From: Eledone cirrhosa
Lineage: Eukaryota
Direction of reading: 5' to 3'
NCBI GenBank assembly: GCA_964016885.1
Contig: OZ024746.1
Location: 101,618,001 to 101,682,000 of the forward strand
DNA length: 64,000 bases
In this document: one piece after another, positions 52,960-64,000 of the stretch
Position numbering within the stretch: the first letter of the stretch is position 1
How the letters are laid out: the number at the start of each line of letters is the position of its first letter
Notes under the pieces: generated by a model
The model's database searches: none
What the model saw: only the letters and a program-made list of their open reading frames with translations
Told to the model about the DNA's origin: nothing
Position numbers and translations under genes: made by a program

Positions 52960-54835
52960 ACATTGGGCATCATATTTTTAATGATTAGTCTTGTGTCATT
53001 GCAAAGTTTTGGAGGATCCTGATTATGGAGTAACATGCTCCAAGTTTCAGTATCAGGTTGTGTGAAGGAATTCCTGCTAGTTCAAGACTGTTCAAAAATT
53101 CAGTTGGATAGTTTACAACCTGGTCTTGGGAAGTGATTGTGTCAACTGATTTGTAGCATCTTTTCTTTCCTGGTAACATGTTCAGCAGCCTTCTGTTGAT
53201 TTCTTTCACAGAAACATTTTGGATCACATTGTCTGATCTGAATGTTTGGTCTTTCTTATACCTAATTTTGTTTCAATGATATGGCTAAATGACAACTGAA
53301 TCTGGTTGTTGGAGGCTTTTTCAAGAAGCCCATTTCCCAATTTAAGTAGTTGGGTGGCAAACTCACTGACACCTTCGTTACCAGTCAAGTTCACTCATGT
53401 ATTGGTTGTAAGGCCCAGCTACTGAAAGTGGGGCAAGAGATAGGATGTTTTCAGATAGGCATTGACCTGATCAGCTCGGGTCCCACAGGGAATTAGAGGA
53501 AGAGTTTGTCCGAAATCACCAGCAAGAACCATTGTCATTATTCTGATTATGCAAGTATTTTCTCTCAGATCCCTGATTATCCGGTCCAAAGCTTCAATTG
53601 TTCATTTATAGTTCATGGTGGCTTCATCCCAAATTATCACCTTGCCTATTTTTAGGAACTTACCCATGGGTGAGTTCTTGGTGTTGCAAAAATATTGTTC
53701 AGACTGTGTGAGGCCTATGAGCCACTTAAACATGGAGTGTGCAGTTCTTCCTCCAGCCAGAAGTGTTGCTGCAATGCCACTTGAAGCCACAACAAGGGCA
53801 ATATGTTGCTTTTAGTGAACTTTTGCAAGCAGGAGCTTTATGAAAAATGTCTAACCTGTGCCAGGAGAAACTGTCATTTTAAATGTTTTCCATGATGTTG
53901 TAATAAGCATATTTCTGGTCATCCATCAATCATGGTTCATTTTTATCCACAAACTTATGCAAGGCTTGAATATCGTAGTGTGTCTCCTGAAAAACTTTTT
54001 GTGCTACCTCAATTTCTGGCATCCCGCAGTTAGCTAATGTGCTATTCATTGCCTTAACTCGATGGGACAGGTCACAGAGAGCTTGATTGTAAATCCAGGG
54101 GGTATATTCCATATACATGTTAGTCTTTGGGCTAGGTGTAGATAGTCATCTGACATATTGTTTTTGTACTCCTGCCAGAGTGGATGAGTTTTGTCAATTC
54201 CACATGCTGCGAGTATCATAGCAAACAACTGTCTTATTTAACTGGCTACTCAAATGACTGCTGCTTCTTTTAGGTTCTTCTTCTTATGTCCCTTGTCATG
54301 CAGGAGTCCATGCTGTTTACATGCTTCTTGGTATGTTGTGCACACCCTTCCTACAAAGCATCTGAGATCCTCAAATGACGTTGGTCCTTGAACAATATGC
54401 ATAAGTAGCCGTAAATAAAAACGCTGTTGTCAGGGTGGACATTATAAATATGCCCAATTGCATCACTTGCCTTGACTTCATAACCTTGCACTAAATGACC
54501 CTGCTTCCTTTGATGCCATGTCTTACAATTGGTCCTGGTATAGTATGTTGAGATGTCAGCATACAGGAGGATCGAACAAATTCACCATTCTGGCTGAGTT
54601 TAAAAATGTAGAGTAGTGTCAGGTGGTGCTTGTGCCAACTAATGAGCAGTTAGGTTGACCACTGTTGGGTTGCATTGGTGGATATCACATCCAAAGATTA
54701 GCCAAATAGCTTCATTGCTGGAGATATATCGACCTGTCTGATACTGTTTGACCGATCCAGCCCACAATCATTGAGTTCCTTGTCAGTAACAAAGGTAGCC
54801 TTGTCACTACCCTTGTTGATATATTTTGTAACATA
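52960..54835 (-). mobile_element. Helitron Rep/PIF1-helicase remnant
   Basis: RYISSNEAIW, GPTSFEDLR, ASSGIAATLLAGGRTAHSMFK, IIWDEA, LAGDFGQTLP and YPTEFLNSLELAGIPSHNLILKLG. Many stops. Confidence 0.9.
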
Positions 54836-55537
54836 TAATATTATTTTGATACAAAAGTTGACCTATATAATATACAATTGTCTGCATAAAATATGATGTA
54901 TATTTTCTAAAATTGCCTCCAGGTTCAACACAGTTGATGTATATAATATATACATCATATATATATATATATACAGATTCAACACAAAAATAATATATTG
55001 ATAATACTTGTCAAAATTGAAATATAATTACTGATATTCTATGTAACAAATTACGTTGGATTAAGGTTTAACATAAAAAGTCAATATAAAGTATAAGATA
55101 AGTATCTATAAATACATTGAATTCGCCAAGCAAAATATCTTAATTCATCTTATATAAATGTAAATCATAAAAATACTTTAGGGTATGTTTTTCTCTTTCA
55201 CTTAATCAGAAATAAAAATAAATCTATTTTAATAAAACAACTCATAAAGTAGAGATTTATTTCAAAACTATTTACTGCTTAAACACAAATATTATGATTA
55301 AAAAAATATTAGGAACAAAATTACTTAATAAGCAGTCTTTGTAATTTTCCTTTTATTGGTAATAAGAGAAAAAATATCTAAGCTCTGGTTTTCTTTTACT
55401 TCTAGAATATTGCTTAGCAACGGTCTAAACAGACCAACAGAAGGCTTGAGATAACCAATAACATACATCTGTAGACATCTGTCTGATGCTGGATATAAGA
55501 AGCAGAATCTTCAGCTAAATTGGCAGTAATTTCTTAC

Positions 55538-55654
55538 TGTTGTTTTCAGCTGTGGTGATAGACATGGCAATAGTACAAAAGATTCTAAATATCTTATCAG
55601 AACTGATCCATTCACAATAACGAGCTTCAAATGTTGGAAGTGAAGTAGAATTTA
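55538..55654 (-). CDS. Candidate upstream exon of the same RhoGEF gene
   Basis: Acceptor tttttctctgccatcttag| and donor |gtaaga; 117 nt, phase 1-1. STSLPTFEARYCEWISSDKIFRIF loosely resembles the recalled ARHGEF40 start (LYPPFEATAPTLLGQVFQV). An unidentified phase 1-to-0 exon is needed to join it to 13729. Confidence 0.4.
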
Positions 55655-56127
55655 CTAAGATGGCAGAGAAAAATATAAATAATGACAATATATGTGTGAG
55701 AGAATGTCTACAAAGCTGTGAATACTATTGGCTCTTAACTGTTGGCCACTTAATACTTGAACTCATAATACCATAGAAACAATACCAATAACACGGAGAT
55801 GTGCATGGCTAGAATATAACACTGTGCTGAGTAGCATTAGATAAATACATAAAGATGTGTGTGTGAGTGAGTGTGTGTGTAAGAGAGTGTGTGAGTGAGT
55901 GTGAGTGAGTGTGTGAGTGTGAGTGTGTGTGTGTGAGAGTGTATGAGTGAGTGTGTGTGTGACTGAATGAGTGTGTGAGTGTGAGTGTGTGTGTGTGTGA
56001 GAGTGAGTGTGTGTGTATTTAGACTTATATAGTAACATACAGAAATAGGAGAAAAAGAATTATAGTCATAAATATTGGTCAGATATTTTTAAATACAGCA
56101 ATACTAATACACATAAGACCATATATA

Positions 56128-56982
56128 TCATCATCATCATTTTACGTCCGCTCTTCCCAGCTTGCAAGGGTGGGACGGGTCTTATTCAGCACAGCATCTC
56201 TCCACTTGTCACGGTCCTTCATCTCCACCATGAGCTTCAGCGATCTGAGGTCTGTTCTCACCACATCCGCCCATTTTTTTTCGTGGTCTACCTCTACCAC
56301 GTCTTCCTTCAACTGGCATTTCCTGGCACTTCTTCACCCATCGGTCATCCTCCATGCGCATTACATGTCCATACCACCTCAGTCTCTTCTCCTGTACACT
56401 ACATTCTATCCCTCTCAGAAACAGTTTCTCTCTCAACACATTCATGCTGGGTCATTCACGCACATTGACATTGCACATCCAAATCAGCATGCTTGCCTAA
56501 TTTCTCTCCAGCTGTCGCACATCCTCTGCAGTTGCCGCCCAAACTGCATCTCATCTAGTTTGACCCTTTCTCTAATTAGTTGTGCTAATATCCTTTCTGC
56601 CACTTTCATAACCTGATCCATCAGTTTTATACCCCTATAATTGCTCCTCTCCAGAGCATCCCCTTTACCTTTGTAGCAATTTATGAGAATACTGCTGCAC
56701 CAGTCTTTGGGTATGACACCACCATATATAGCCTGATTGATGATGCGTGCAACCAGTTTAGTGCCTACGTCCCTTGATGCCTTCAGCATCTCAGCAACTA
56801 TCCCTGACGGTCAAGCAGCCTTACCATTTTTCATTTCCTTAATCGCCGCTTGGACCCTATATTCGTCAATCTCAATAGCTGGTCCCTCTGTCGGATCTAC
56901 TGAGGGTAATTTCTCTCTCTGCCATTCGTTCTCCACATTCATTAGTCTCTCATAATGACATTTCTAGGACTCCTTTTTCTGA
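56128..56982 (-). mobile_element. RTE LINE fragment with a large internal deletion
   Basis: CYKGKGDALERSNYRGIKL...LDEMQFG jumps to AATAEDVRQLERN; (GAT)n tail. Confidence 0.9.
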
Positions 56983-58340
56983 TCATTCACGGAGTTGCCA
57001 GGTCTTATTAGCGAGTGTGGTTACATAACGGTGTTCAGGATGTTTAATCGAAAATCGATGACGATACCAGCGTGATTTAAAGGAGGTAGTGGTAGACCCG
57101 GCGTAATACCATTTCTGGTCATTTGATTCGTCATTGCATTGATAAACAATGTTGGACTCTAGGCATTTATTCTTCAATGGGCATCTCTCGGGTATGTGGC
57201 AATTGCAGTTTTTGTTATGGGTAACAACTGTACCATGGATAGGTTGGGATAACAGTTCAGGTGGGTTGAACACCGTTATGTAACCTCAGTCGCTAATAAG
57301 ACCTGGCAACTCCGTGAATACAACCGGTAGTTCTACTTAAAATGGGATAAATTATCCAGCGCTAGTGCATATCGGAGTGGATTAAAGTACTGCAGATTAT
57401 GCAGCCTTGAACTCTTTTATATTATATCTTGAAATCCAAAAACAACTTACTAAATGACAGAATCGAACGATCGTTATACTGCAACCACAAACTGAAGGCT
57501 AAATTTTCTCACTATAAAAGTAACTTAACATAATATGAACCTGAGACTACTACACCACTTTCTCGCTAATTTCACTCAATAACTACTTCCTAACTATATC
57601 CCCCCACTACTAACCAGTACCTTGCTTATCGTAATAAATGGATACTTAAGTGCGATCAGCAAACTACAACTACCAACTCGGTGTATATCGCCTTTCCTTC
57701 CCCTTCTCTTAAATTTTTTCTGTCCCCTCTCTCTCTCTTTCTCCCTTTCTCTCTATCTCTCTTTCTCCCTCTCGCCCTCTGTCTATCTCACTCCTTCTCC
57801 ACATCTATTAACCTGCTCTCTGTGGCAATAAATAATTCCAAACTTGACAATATCAACACAATGCCTAAGTTGTCACTTTGGGAGTAAGCAATATAATAAA
57901 ACCACTTGTTGGACCCCTATCACATTTAGATTAAGCTATCTGTATTCTTCAAACCACTCTCTCCCATTTCTTCGACTCCCTACATATCTATCTATCTCTC
58001 TCCCTCTCCCCTTCTTTCTCTCTTCCTTTTCTACTCTATCTTCCCTAATAACTCCGTTTAAGAAATACTAGGTAATTTACAATTTAGCCATTTGCTCTGA
58101 AGACACGGTAGGTTAAACAGCATTTGAAAATTGAGTATCTGTAAATAAATAACTACCAATTTGCAAATAGCATGACTAGGCTGTGTAACTACTGTTGAAA
58201 CATTTGTAAGCACTCGGAATAAATTACCTTTTTATGTTGTCTACCTGTTTTATTAATCATTCTTTACTACGGTTCTTATATATTTGATATATATTTATCC
58301 TTATCGAGCCCTCTTTGGATTTTAGTCTTCAAATTTATTA
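56983..58340 (+). mobile_element. Penelope-like element 3' part with an inverted GIY-YIG segment
   Basis: Minus 56983-57273 reads CNC..CPL..CL..NIVYQC...YAGST..FKSRW..H (GIY-YIG). Plus from 57268 reads EHRYVT..ANKTWQLRE...CRLCSLE, followed by a CT-rich UTR and a hammerhead. Confidence 0.88.
58093..58212 (+). ncRNA. Type I hammerhead ribozyme with an elongated stem II, in the PLE 3' UTR
   Basis: TGCT-CTGAAGA-C-ACGGTAG.TTAAACAGC-ATTTGAAAATTG...CAATTTGCAAAT...GCTGTGTAA-CTACTGT-T-GAAA-CATTTG-TA-AGCA. Confidence 0.72.
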
Positions 58341-58614
58341 TTACTATATATATATGTATATATGTATATGTATATATACATATATATATATGGAAAAAAT
58401 GAAACGAAATTTCATTTCTCACTCTTAGTACGGCTGTTACTTAAATATAAGTATGTATGCGTACATACATATATGTATACAGATGTACAGTAGTATGTAT
58501 ATATATACATACATGCACACATATATATATGTACGTATGGATTCACCGAACATTTATTATAATGCTCGGTTTGTTTGTAAACAAACATCCTGAATTCAGC
58601 CGTAAGGTTAATAA

Positions 58615-59025
58615 TCATCATCATCATCATTTTACGTCCGCTTTTCCCTGTTTGCAAACGTGGGATGGGTCCTTTTCAACACAGCATCTCTCCACTCATC
58701 ACAGTCCTTTGTCATCTCCTCTGTGAGCTTCAGCGATCTAAGGTCAGCTCTCATTGATTCCAACTGCTGTTTCCATAGCCAGAATTCATTCTCTAGCTCC
58801 TCTACTGATTCTGCTATAAGTACCAGATCGTCAGCATAGAGAAGTTCCCATGAGCAGCCATTCATAAATTCCTCTGTTATGGCTTGGAAAACTATAATGA
58901 ACAAGAGTGGGCTGAGGACCAAACCCTGATGTACTCCTACTTGTATCTGGAATTCCTCACTAAACTCCATTCCTACTCTCACTTTACTGACAGCTGCTTT
59001 ATATATGGCTTGCACTGTCCTCACT
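58615..59025 (-). mobile_element. RTE RT fragment fused to the RTE 3' tail
   Basis: GVHQGLVLSPLLF...LLYADDL...LESMR|ADLRSLKLTEEM. Confidence 0.88.
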
Positions 59026-59651
59026 ACTATATTGCTCTATAATGGATAATTGCATTTAAAGTCTGTTAAAGGTTCTTGGCACTACCATTGTTACCATCGC
59101 TTTCCTCTAGCCATGGGAGACATGAGCCGAATGCTACCATTCTATTATACATTAATATGAACTGCTATTTCTAATAACCTCTTAATAATTTGTGTGTGAG
59201 ACACGTTGGCTGAGAGCTTTTGACGGGAATGAAAAGATTGATTCTTTTAGTCTCCCGCCGTCACGTAAAATTTGTAAATCGGTGGCTAGTTGAGAGATAG
59301 TATCTTATCGGGTGCCAGATGCTAATCGCTTTACTGTGTCAGTCGTCACAAACAGTCGTGACAAACAGTCTGTCGATCGATTGGTTATTGATTAGGCAAT
59401 ATCCGCTGAAGCCACATAAGCCGATTGTGCATTGTTGTATAATATATGCAGATGGATGGTGCAGTGCACCTTACTGCTGCATTAGTGCGGCAGAAACTTG
59501 AGTCCGAGAACCATTATAGGCACCCGTTTTACGTGTGTTGTGTTGAAGCAAATAACTATGTGTATACTCTGGGAATGTATCTTACATTGCCTATTGAGTG
59601 CCCTGAGATACAACTGGTACTGGCATTGATAAATATGCTGGGTCCGTCAAC

Positions 59652-59829
59652 TGGATTGGCAGTATCGATAGAGGGTCGGATGCCATGCTTTCCAGCATAG
59701 TTACGTCCCTTTATGGTCTGAGTTCAAATCCCGCCGAGGTTGACTTTGCCTTTCATCCTTTCGGGGTCGATAAAATAAAGTACCAGTAATGTACTGGGTA
59801 ACTGCTGGCCTTGTGCCTAAAGTAGAAAC

Positions 59830-59832
<3 letters not shown>
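59652..59832 (+). mobile_element. SINE family 2
   Basis: TGGCAGTATCGA A-box-like motif, GTTCAAATC B box and the shared body. Confidence 0.8.
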
Positions 59833-59875
<43 letters not shown>

Positions 59876-61085
59876 AGGCGGCGGTCCCTTCTGGGAAATG
59901 GTCGTGCTCGGTGTGTAGGAAAGGCATAGGTAGAAACTCCATTTTATGTCCTAAATGCAAAGTATGGGTGCATAAAAGATGTAGTGGGATCACAGGTAAG
60001 CTAACTAAGAACATAGATTTTACATGTGGCCGGTGCTCTGGTGCAATAAGTAGCAGCAAGTGCCCACAAAATACTAGCTCTTTCAATTGCGCAGAAGGTT
60101 CTATAGAAATAGTGGACAGCTTCCGTTACCTGGGTGATAAAATCAGCAGTGGGGGAGGGTGCTCTGAAAGTACAGTAGCTAGAGTCAGAACTGGTTGGAA
60201 AAAGTTCAGAGAGCTTATACCACTATTAGCTGCTAAAGGGTTCTCCCTAAAAATGAAAGGCAGGTTGTACGATGCCTGCATACGAACAGCAATGTTGCAT
60301 GGCAGTGAGACCTGGGCATTGTGTGCAGAGGATATACGCAGACTAGAGAGGAACGAAGCTTGCATGCTCCGCTGGATGTGTAACAGTAATATACGTGAAC
60401 GGCAAAGCATAAACGAACTAAGGAAAAAATTAGAAATAAGAGGGATCAGATGTTGTTTACTCGAGAGAAGGCTACGTTGGTATGGACACGTGATGCGCAT
60501 GAAAGTCGATAGCTGTATAACAAAGTGCAGGGCAATAAAGATAGACGGTAGCCACGGAATAGGCAGACCTAGAAAAACCTGGGACGAGCTGATAAACTCC
60601 GACCTCACACACTTACACCTCTCCAAGACAATGTCACTGGACCGAGACCTTTGGCGGTACTCAGTAACAGAGAAGACCCGCCTTACCTAAATACATAGTA
60701 AAACCTACTACAGCCAGTAGGCATCTCTAACTAAAATACCCCCCCGTCCCACCACCACCACCCCACCCCATCCACACCACCCCATTCTATGTAAAGTTAT
60801 GTTGGTGCCACACCATCCAGGCCGAAACAAATGAGATCGTGTAGGTGTCACGACAAAAAAACACACAGTCCACGCTGTAATGTGGCCGTGTAGGCAACAC
60901 GGTAAAAACCTCCCAGACCCACACTGTAAATGTGGTTGGTGTTAGGAAGGGCATCCAACTGTAGAAAACCTGCCAGACAGTCCTATGCGAGCAAGACAAT
61001 CACTCTTGCCTCAAGTGGGACTACCCCCGTCCAAACCCATGCAAGCGTGGAACACGGACGTTAAACGTTGATGATGATGATGATA
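59876..61085 (+). mobile_element. 5'-truncated RTE (family B) with an open 259-aa C-terminal frame including a C4HC3 finger
   Basis: WSCSVC...CPKC..WVHKRC...CGRC, FRYLG, LHGSETW, LRWYGHV and GRPRKTW; (GAT)n tail. Confidence 0.93.
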
Positions 61086-61181
61086 TATATATATATTCAT
61101 GTGTGTGTCTGATGGTAGCTAAGATGCTTCCATAGGCGGTATGCTGGTTGAGCACTCTATGCTCTTACAGAGCAGAGTATG

Positions 61182-61239
61182 ATAGAATAGAAAACGAAAA
61201 ATCAGTGATGCATCACTGATTTTTCGTTTTCTATTCTAT
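61182..61239. repeat. Perfect 58-bp palindrome
   Basis: ATAGAATAGAAAACGAAAAATCAGTGATG|CATCACTGATTTTTCGTTTTCTATTCTAT. Confidence 0.95.
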
Positions 61240-61257
61240 ATATATATATATATATAT

Positions 61258-61646
61258 ATCATCATCATCATCATCATCAACGTTTAACGTCCGTGTTCCA
61301 CGCTTGCATGGGTTTGGACGGGGGTAGTCCCACTTGAGGCAAGAGTGATTGTCTTGCTCGCATAGGACTGTCTGGCAGGTTTTCTACAGTTGGATGCCCT
61401 TCCTAACACCAACCACATTTACAGTGTGGGTCTGGGAGGTTTTTACCGTGTTGCCTACACGGCCACATTACAGCGTGGACTGTGTGTTTTTTTGTCGTGA
61501 CACCTACACGATCTCATTTGTTTCGGCCTCGATGGCGCGGCACCAACATAACTTTACATAGAACGGGGTGGTGTGGATGGGGTGGGGGTGGTGGTGGTGG
61601 GACGGGGTGTATTTTGTTAGAGATGCCTACTGGCTGGAGTAGGTTT

Positions 61647-61650
<4 letters not shown>
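61258..61650 (-). mobile_element. RTE family B 3' UTR, an inverted copy of 60697-61085
   Basis: Near-identical reverse complement. Confidence 0.9.
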
Positions 61651-61685
<35 letters not shown>

Positions 61686-61779
61686 TATATATTATATATA
61701 TATATAAATATATATTTATATATATATATATAATATATAATATATATATTTATATATATATATATATACATAATATATA

Positions 61780-61830
<51 letters not shown>

Positions 61831-61931
61831 TATTTATATATATATATATAATATATATATTTATATATATATATAATATATATATTTATATATATATATA
61901 ATATATATATTTATATATATATCATCATCAT

Positions 61932-61980
<49 letters not shown>

Positions 61981-62009
61981 ATTATGTAATAAACAACATA
62001 AGACAATTA

Positions 62010-62082
62010 TTCCATTTACCAGAGGTTTCACAAAGACAGACGAGCTCAACAGAAACGTCTGAAATCGCTCATCAGAATGAAA
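62010..62082 (-). ncRNA. Type I hammerhead ribozyme with a canonical core
   Basis: Minus strand TTTCATT-CTGATGA-GCGA.TTT.CAGACG...CGTCTG.TCT.TTGT-GAAA-CC(TCT)GG-TA-AATGGAA; 7-bp stem I including one G-U pair. Confidence 0.8.
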
Positions 62083-62239
62083 ATTTAATATGGACGTAAG
62101 ATATGAATTTAAAAACAAAGGCTAATACAATTGAAATATAATAAAATAAAGATAAGAAATAAAATAAAATGGGAAAATATACACACTGAAGCAAAACGTA
62201 AGATTAGGGGGTAAAAATAAATATATATATATATTTACT

Positions 62240-62590
62240 GTTCCACTCTACATGGCTTGTATAGCTTTCACAAGCCACTCATCATCTAGTTTTCTCACAG
62301 CCCTCCAGATAATGGAATGCGGGACTGTCAAAAGGTTTCTCCAAGTCAACAAAAGCTAAGTAGAGGGGTTTACTTTTAGCTAAGTATTTCTGCCTTACCA
62401 AGAGAGCATCTGTGGTACTTTTACCTGGCACAAATACAAACTTCATTTCATCAAGGTTAATCCAGTCCCTAATCAGCTGTGCAATAATTCTTTCTGTGTC
62501 CTTTATGACCTGGTCAACCAACTTAATGCCTCTATAGTCTTCTCTGTCTAGAGCATTTCCTTTGTAGCAGCTGACATGATTCTGCTACAT
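62240..62590 (-). mobile_element. Degenerate RTE RT fragment
   Basis: DQVIKDTERIIAQLIRD.INLDEMKFVF.PGKSTTDA...LAFVDLEKPFD. Confidence 0.85.
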
Positions 62591-62827
62591 CAGTCATTGA
62601 GTGTGACACCATTTTGTATTACTTGGTTTACTATATATATAAATATAAATTCAGCGAGAATCATATTTCGGCTGGTAGAAAAAACGAAACGAAACGCAAA
62701 ATCATAGAAATGCTGGCAAGCGCTCCAATAGTTAAGAAAACTAGAGCTAAACATGTATATATACATAGGTATATATGTATATATATATGCATACCTATGT
62801 ATATATACACACACATATATATATATA

Positions 62828-63195
62828 TCATCATCATCACCGTTTTACGTTCTTCCTCGCTAGCATGGGCTAGACGGGTTGTCTTGTTGTGGGCAGTGTC
62901 CAGTCAGCTGACCATGTCTTGCTCATATGGGAACTGATTCTGGCTTGATTTCTACAGCTGGATGCCCTTCCTAACACCAACCTCATTTACAGTGAGTGCT
63001 GGGTGCTTTTTTCCGTGGTGCCTACACGTCCACTTTACAGTGTGGGCTGGGTGCTTTTTTGCTGTGGCACCTCCACAACCCCTTTGCAGTGGGAGGGGTG
63101 GGGGCATATTGTCTATATGTTTCAGCTTCGGCTTGTTCCTGTGGGGGGTCGGGTCTTCTGTATTACTGCGTGACGCCAGAGGTTACGGTCGTGTA
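62828..63195 (-). mobile_element. RTE family B 3' UTR copy
   Basis: Reverse complement matches 48320-48682. Confidence 0.85.
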
Positions 63196-63305
63196 TATAT
63201 ATATATATACACGATATATATATATATCAAGATAAATTAACGGAGACATAGACTCTCGTTATTCCCTGTAAATTATGTGTTCAAAGGAAAAGGAATTCTG
63301 AGCTC

Positions 63306-63616
63306 TACAATATGTAGAAAAGGTAACACACTAGAGAGAGAGAGAGAATGAGAGTGTGTGAAATCAATAAAACAGGGAAACCACCAGTGTATGGAATCTA
63401 TAACCTATGGAAGGAGGCAGGGTAGACACACAATAATTAAAAATAGTTATAGAGGTGCATATGCGCATTTTAATTTATATTTTTAATTATTGTGTGTCTA
63501 CCCTGCCTCCTTCCATAAGTTATAGATTCCATACACTGGTGGTTTCCCTGTTTTATTTTATTTCACACGCTCTCTCTCTCTCTCTCTCTAGTGTGTTACC
63601 TTTTCTACATATTGTA
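63306..63616. repeat. Long fold-back inverted repeat (about 140-bp arms)
   Basis: TACAATATGTAGAAAAGGTAACAC...ACAATAATTAAAAATA / TATTTTTAATTATTGT...GTGTTACCTTTTCTACATATTGTA, centred near GCATATGC at about 63460. Confidence 0.92.
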
Positions 63617-63829
63617 TTATATATATATATATATATCATATTTATAAAAAGGAAGTTTATATGTTGACCACTAATAACAATAAAATTGGTAATAAATGTT
63701 GTGGGATCATAGGAAGCTGACATCATATGTGACGGGATATAAACTCCCTCAAATGTCTCAGATGTCTCAACAGAAGTAGTTGATAGCTTGTGCAATCTAT
63801 GTAACCATATTAACAGTTGAGGTGAATGT

Positions 63830-64000
63830 ACCAAAAGAGTTGTAACCAGAGTATAAGGTGGAAGAAGTTCAGGGTAGATTGTATGGTGTGTGTGTTCAAA
63901 CTGTTATGCTACATGAGAGATGTAACTAGAGCATAAAGTGGAAAGTTCAGAGTATAAAGTGGAAAAACTGTTATGCTACATGAGAGTGAGACATGGGTCT
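63830..64000 (+). mobile_element. Degenerate RTE fragment with local duplications
   Basis: GRLYGVCVQTVMLH...SETW-like sequence. Confidence 0.55.

Noticed and set aside
52960-54835. Host PIF1 helicase gene
   Set aside because: Stops, frameshifts and Helitron-specific upstream motifs indicate a dead Helitron.

Overview
AT-rich, repeat-saturated animal genomic DNA. The (AT)n/(GAT)n microsatellites, tRNA-derived SINEs and RTE LINE families resemble a coleoid cephalopod (octopus); the species is my inference. The only host coding sequence I can support is on the minus strand: two splice-compatible exons (13087-13729, 10334-10501) and one more distant candidate (55538-55654) of a PLEKHG4B/ARHGEF40 (puratrophin/quattro)-type RhoGEF. 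Most of the window is therefore probably intron. About 30% is tandem arrays (8, 31, 33, 72, 30, 15/16, 56 and 22 bp units). The rest is mostly fragments of RTE, Tx1/L1, CR1, CRE and Penelope-like (PLE) retroelements, plus mariner, Helitron, MITE and SINEs. Almost all long ORFs in the track are repeat or TE artefacts. Highlights: (1) about ten type-I hammerhead-ribozyme motifs of the PLE-associated kind, several with intact cores, one with a CAGAAGA variant core and some in fold-back palindromes; (2) a TSD-flanked Tx1 insertion with a 5' inversion and a captured RTE fragment; (3) a 56-bp minisatellite derived from Tx1 ORF2 coding sequence; (4) intronic minisatellites that read as arrays of splicing signals on the gene's sense strand. 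All calls were made by eye; boundaries of degenerate elements are approximate and nothing was database-searched.
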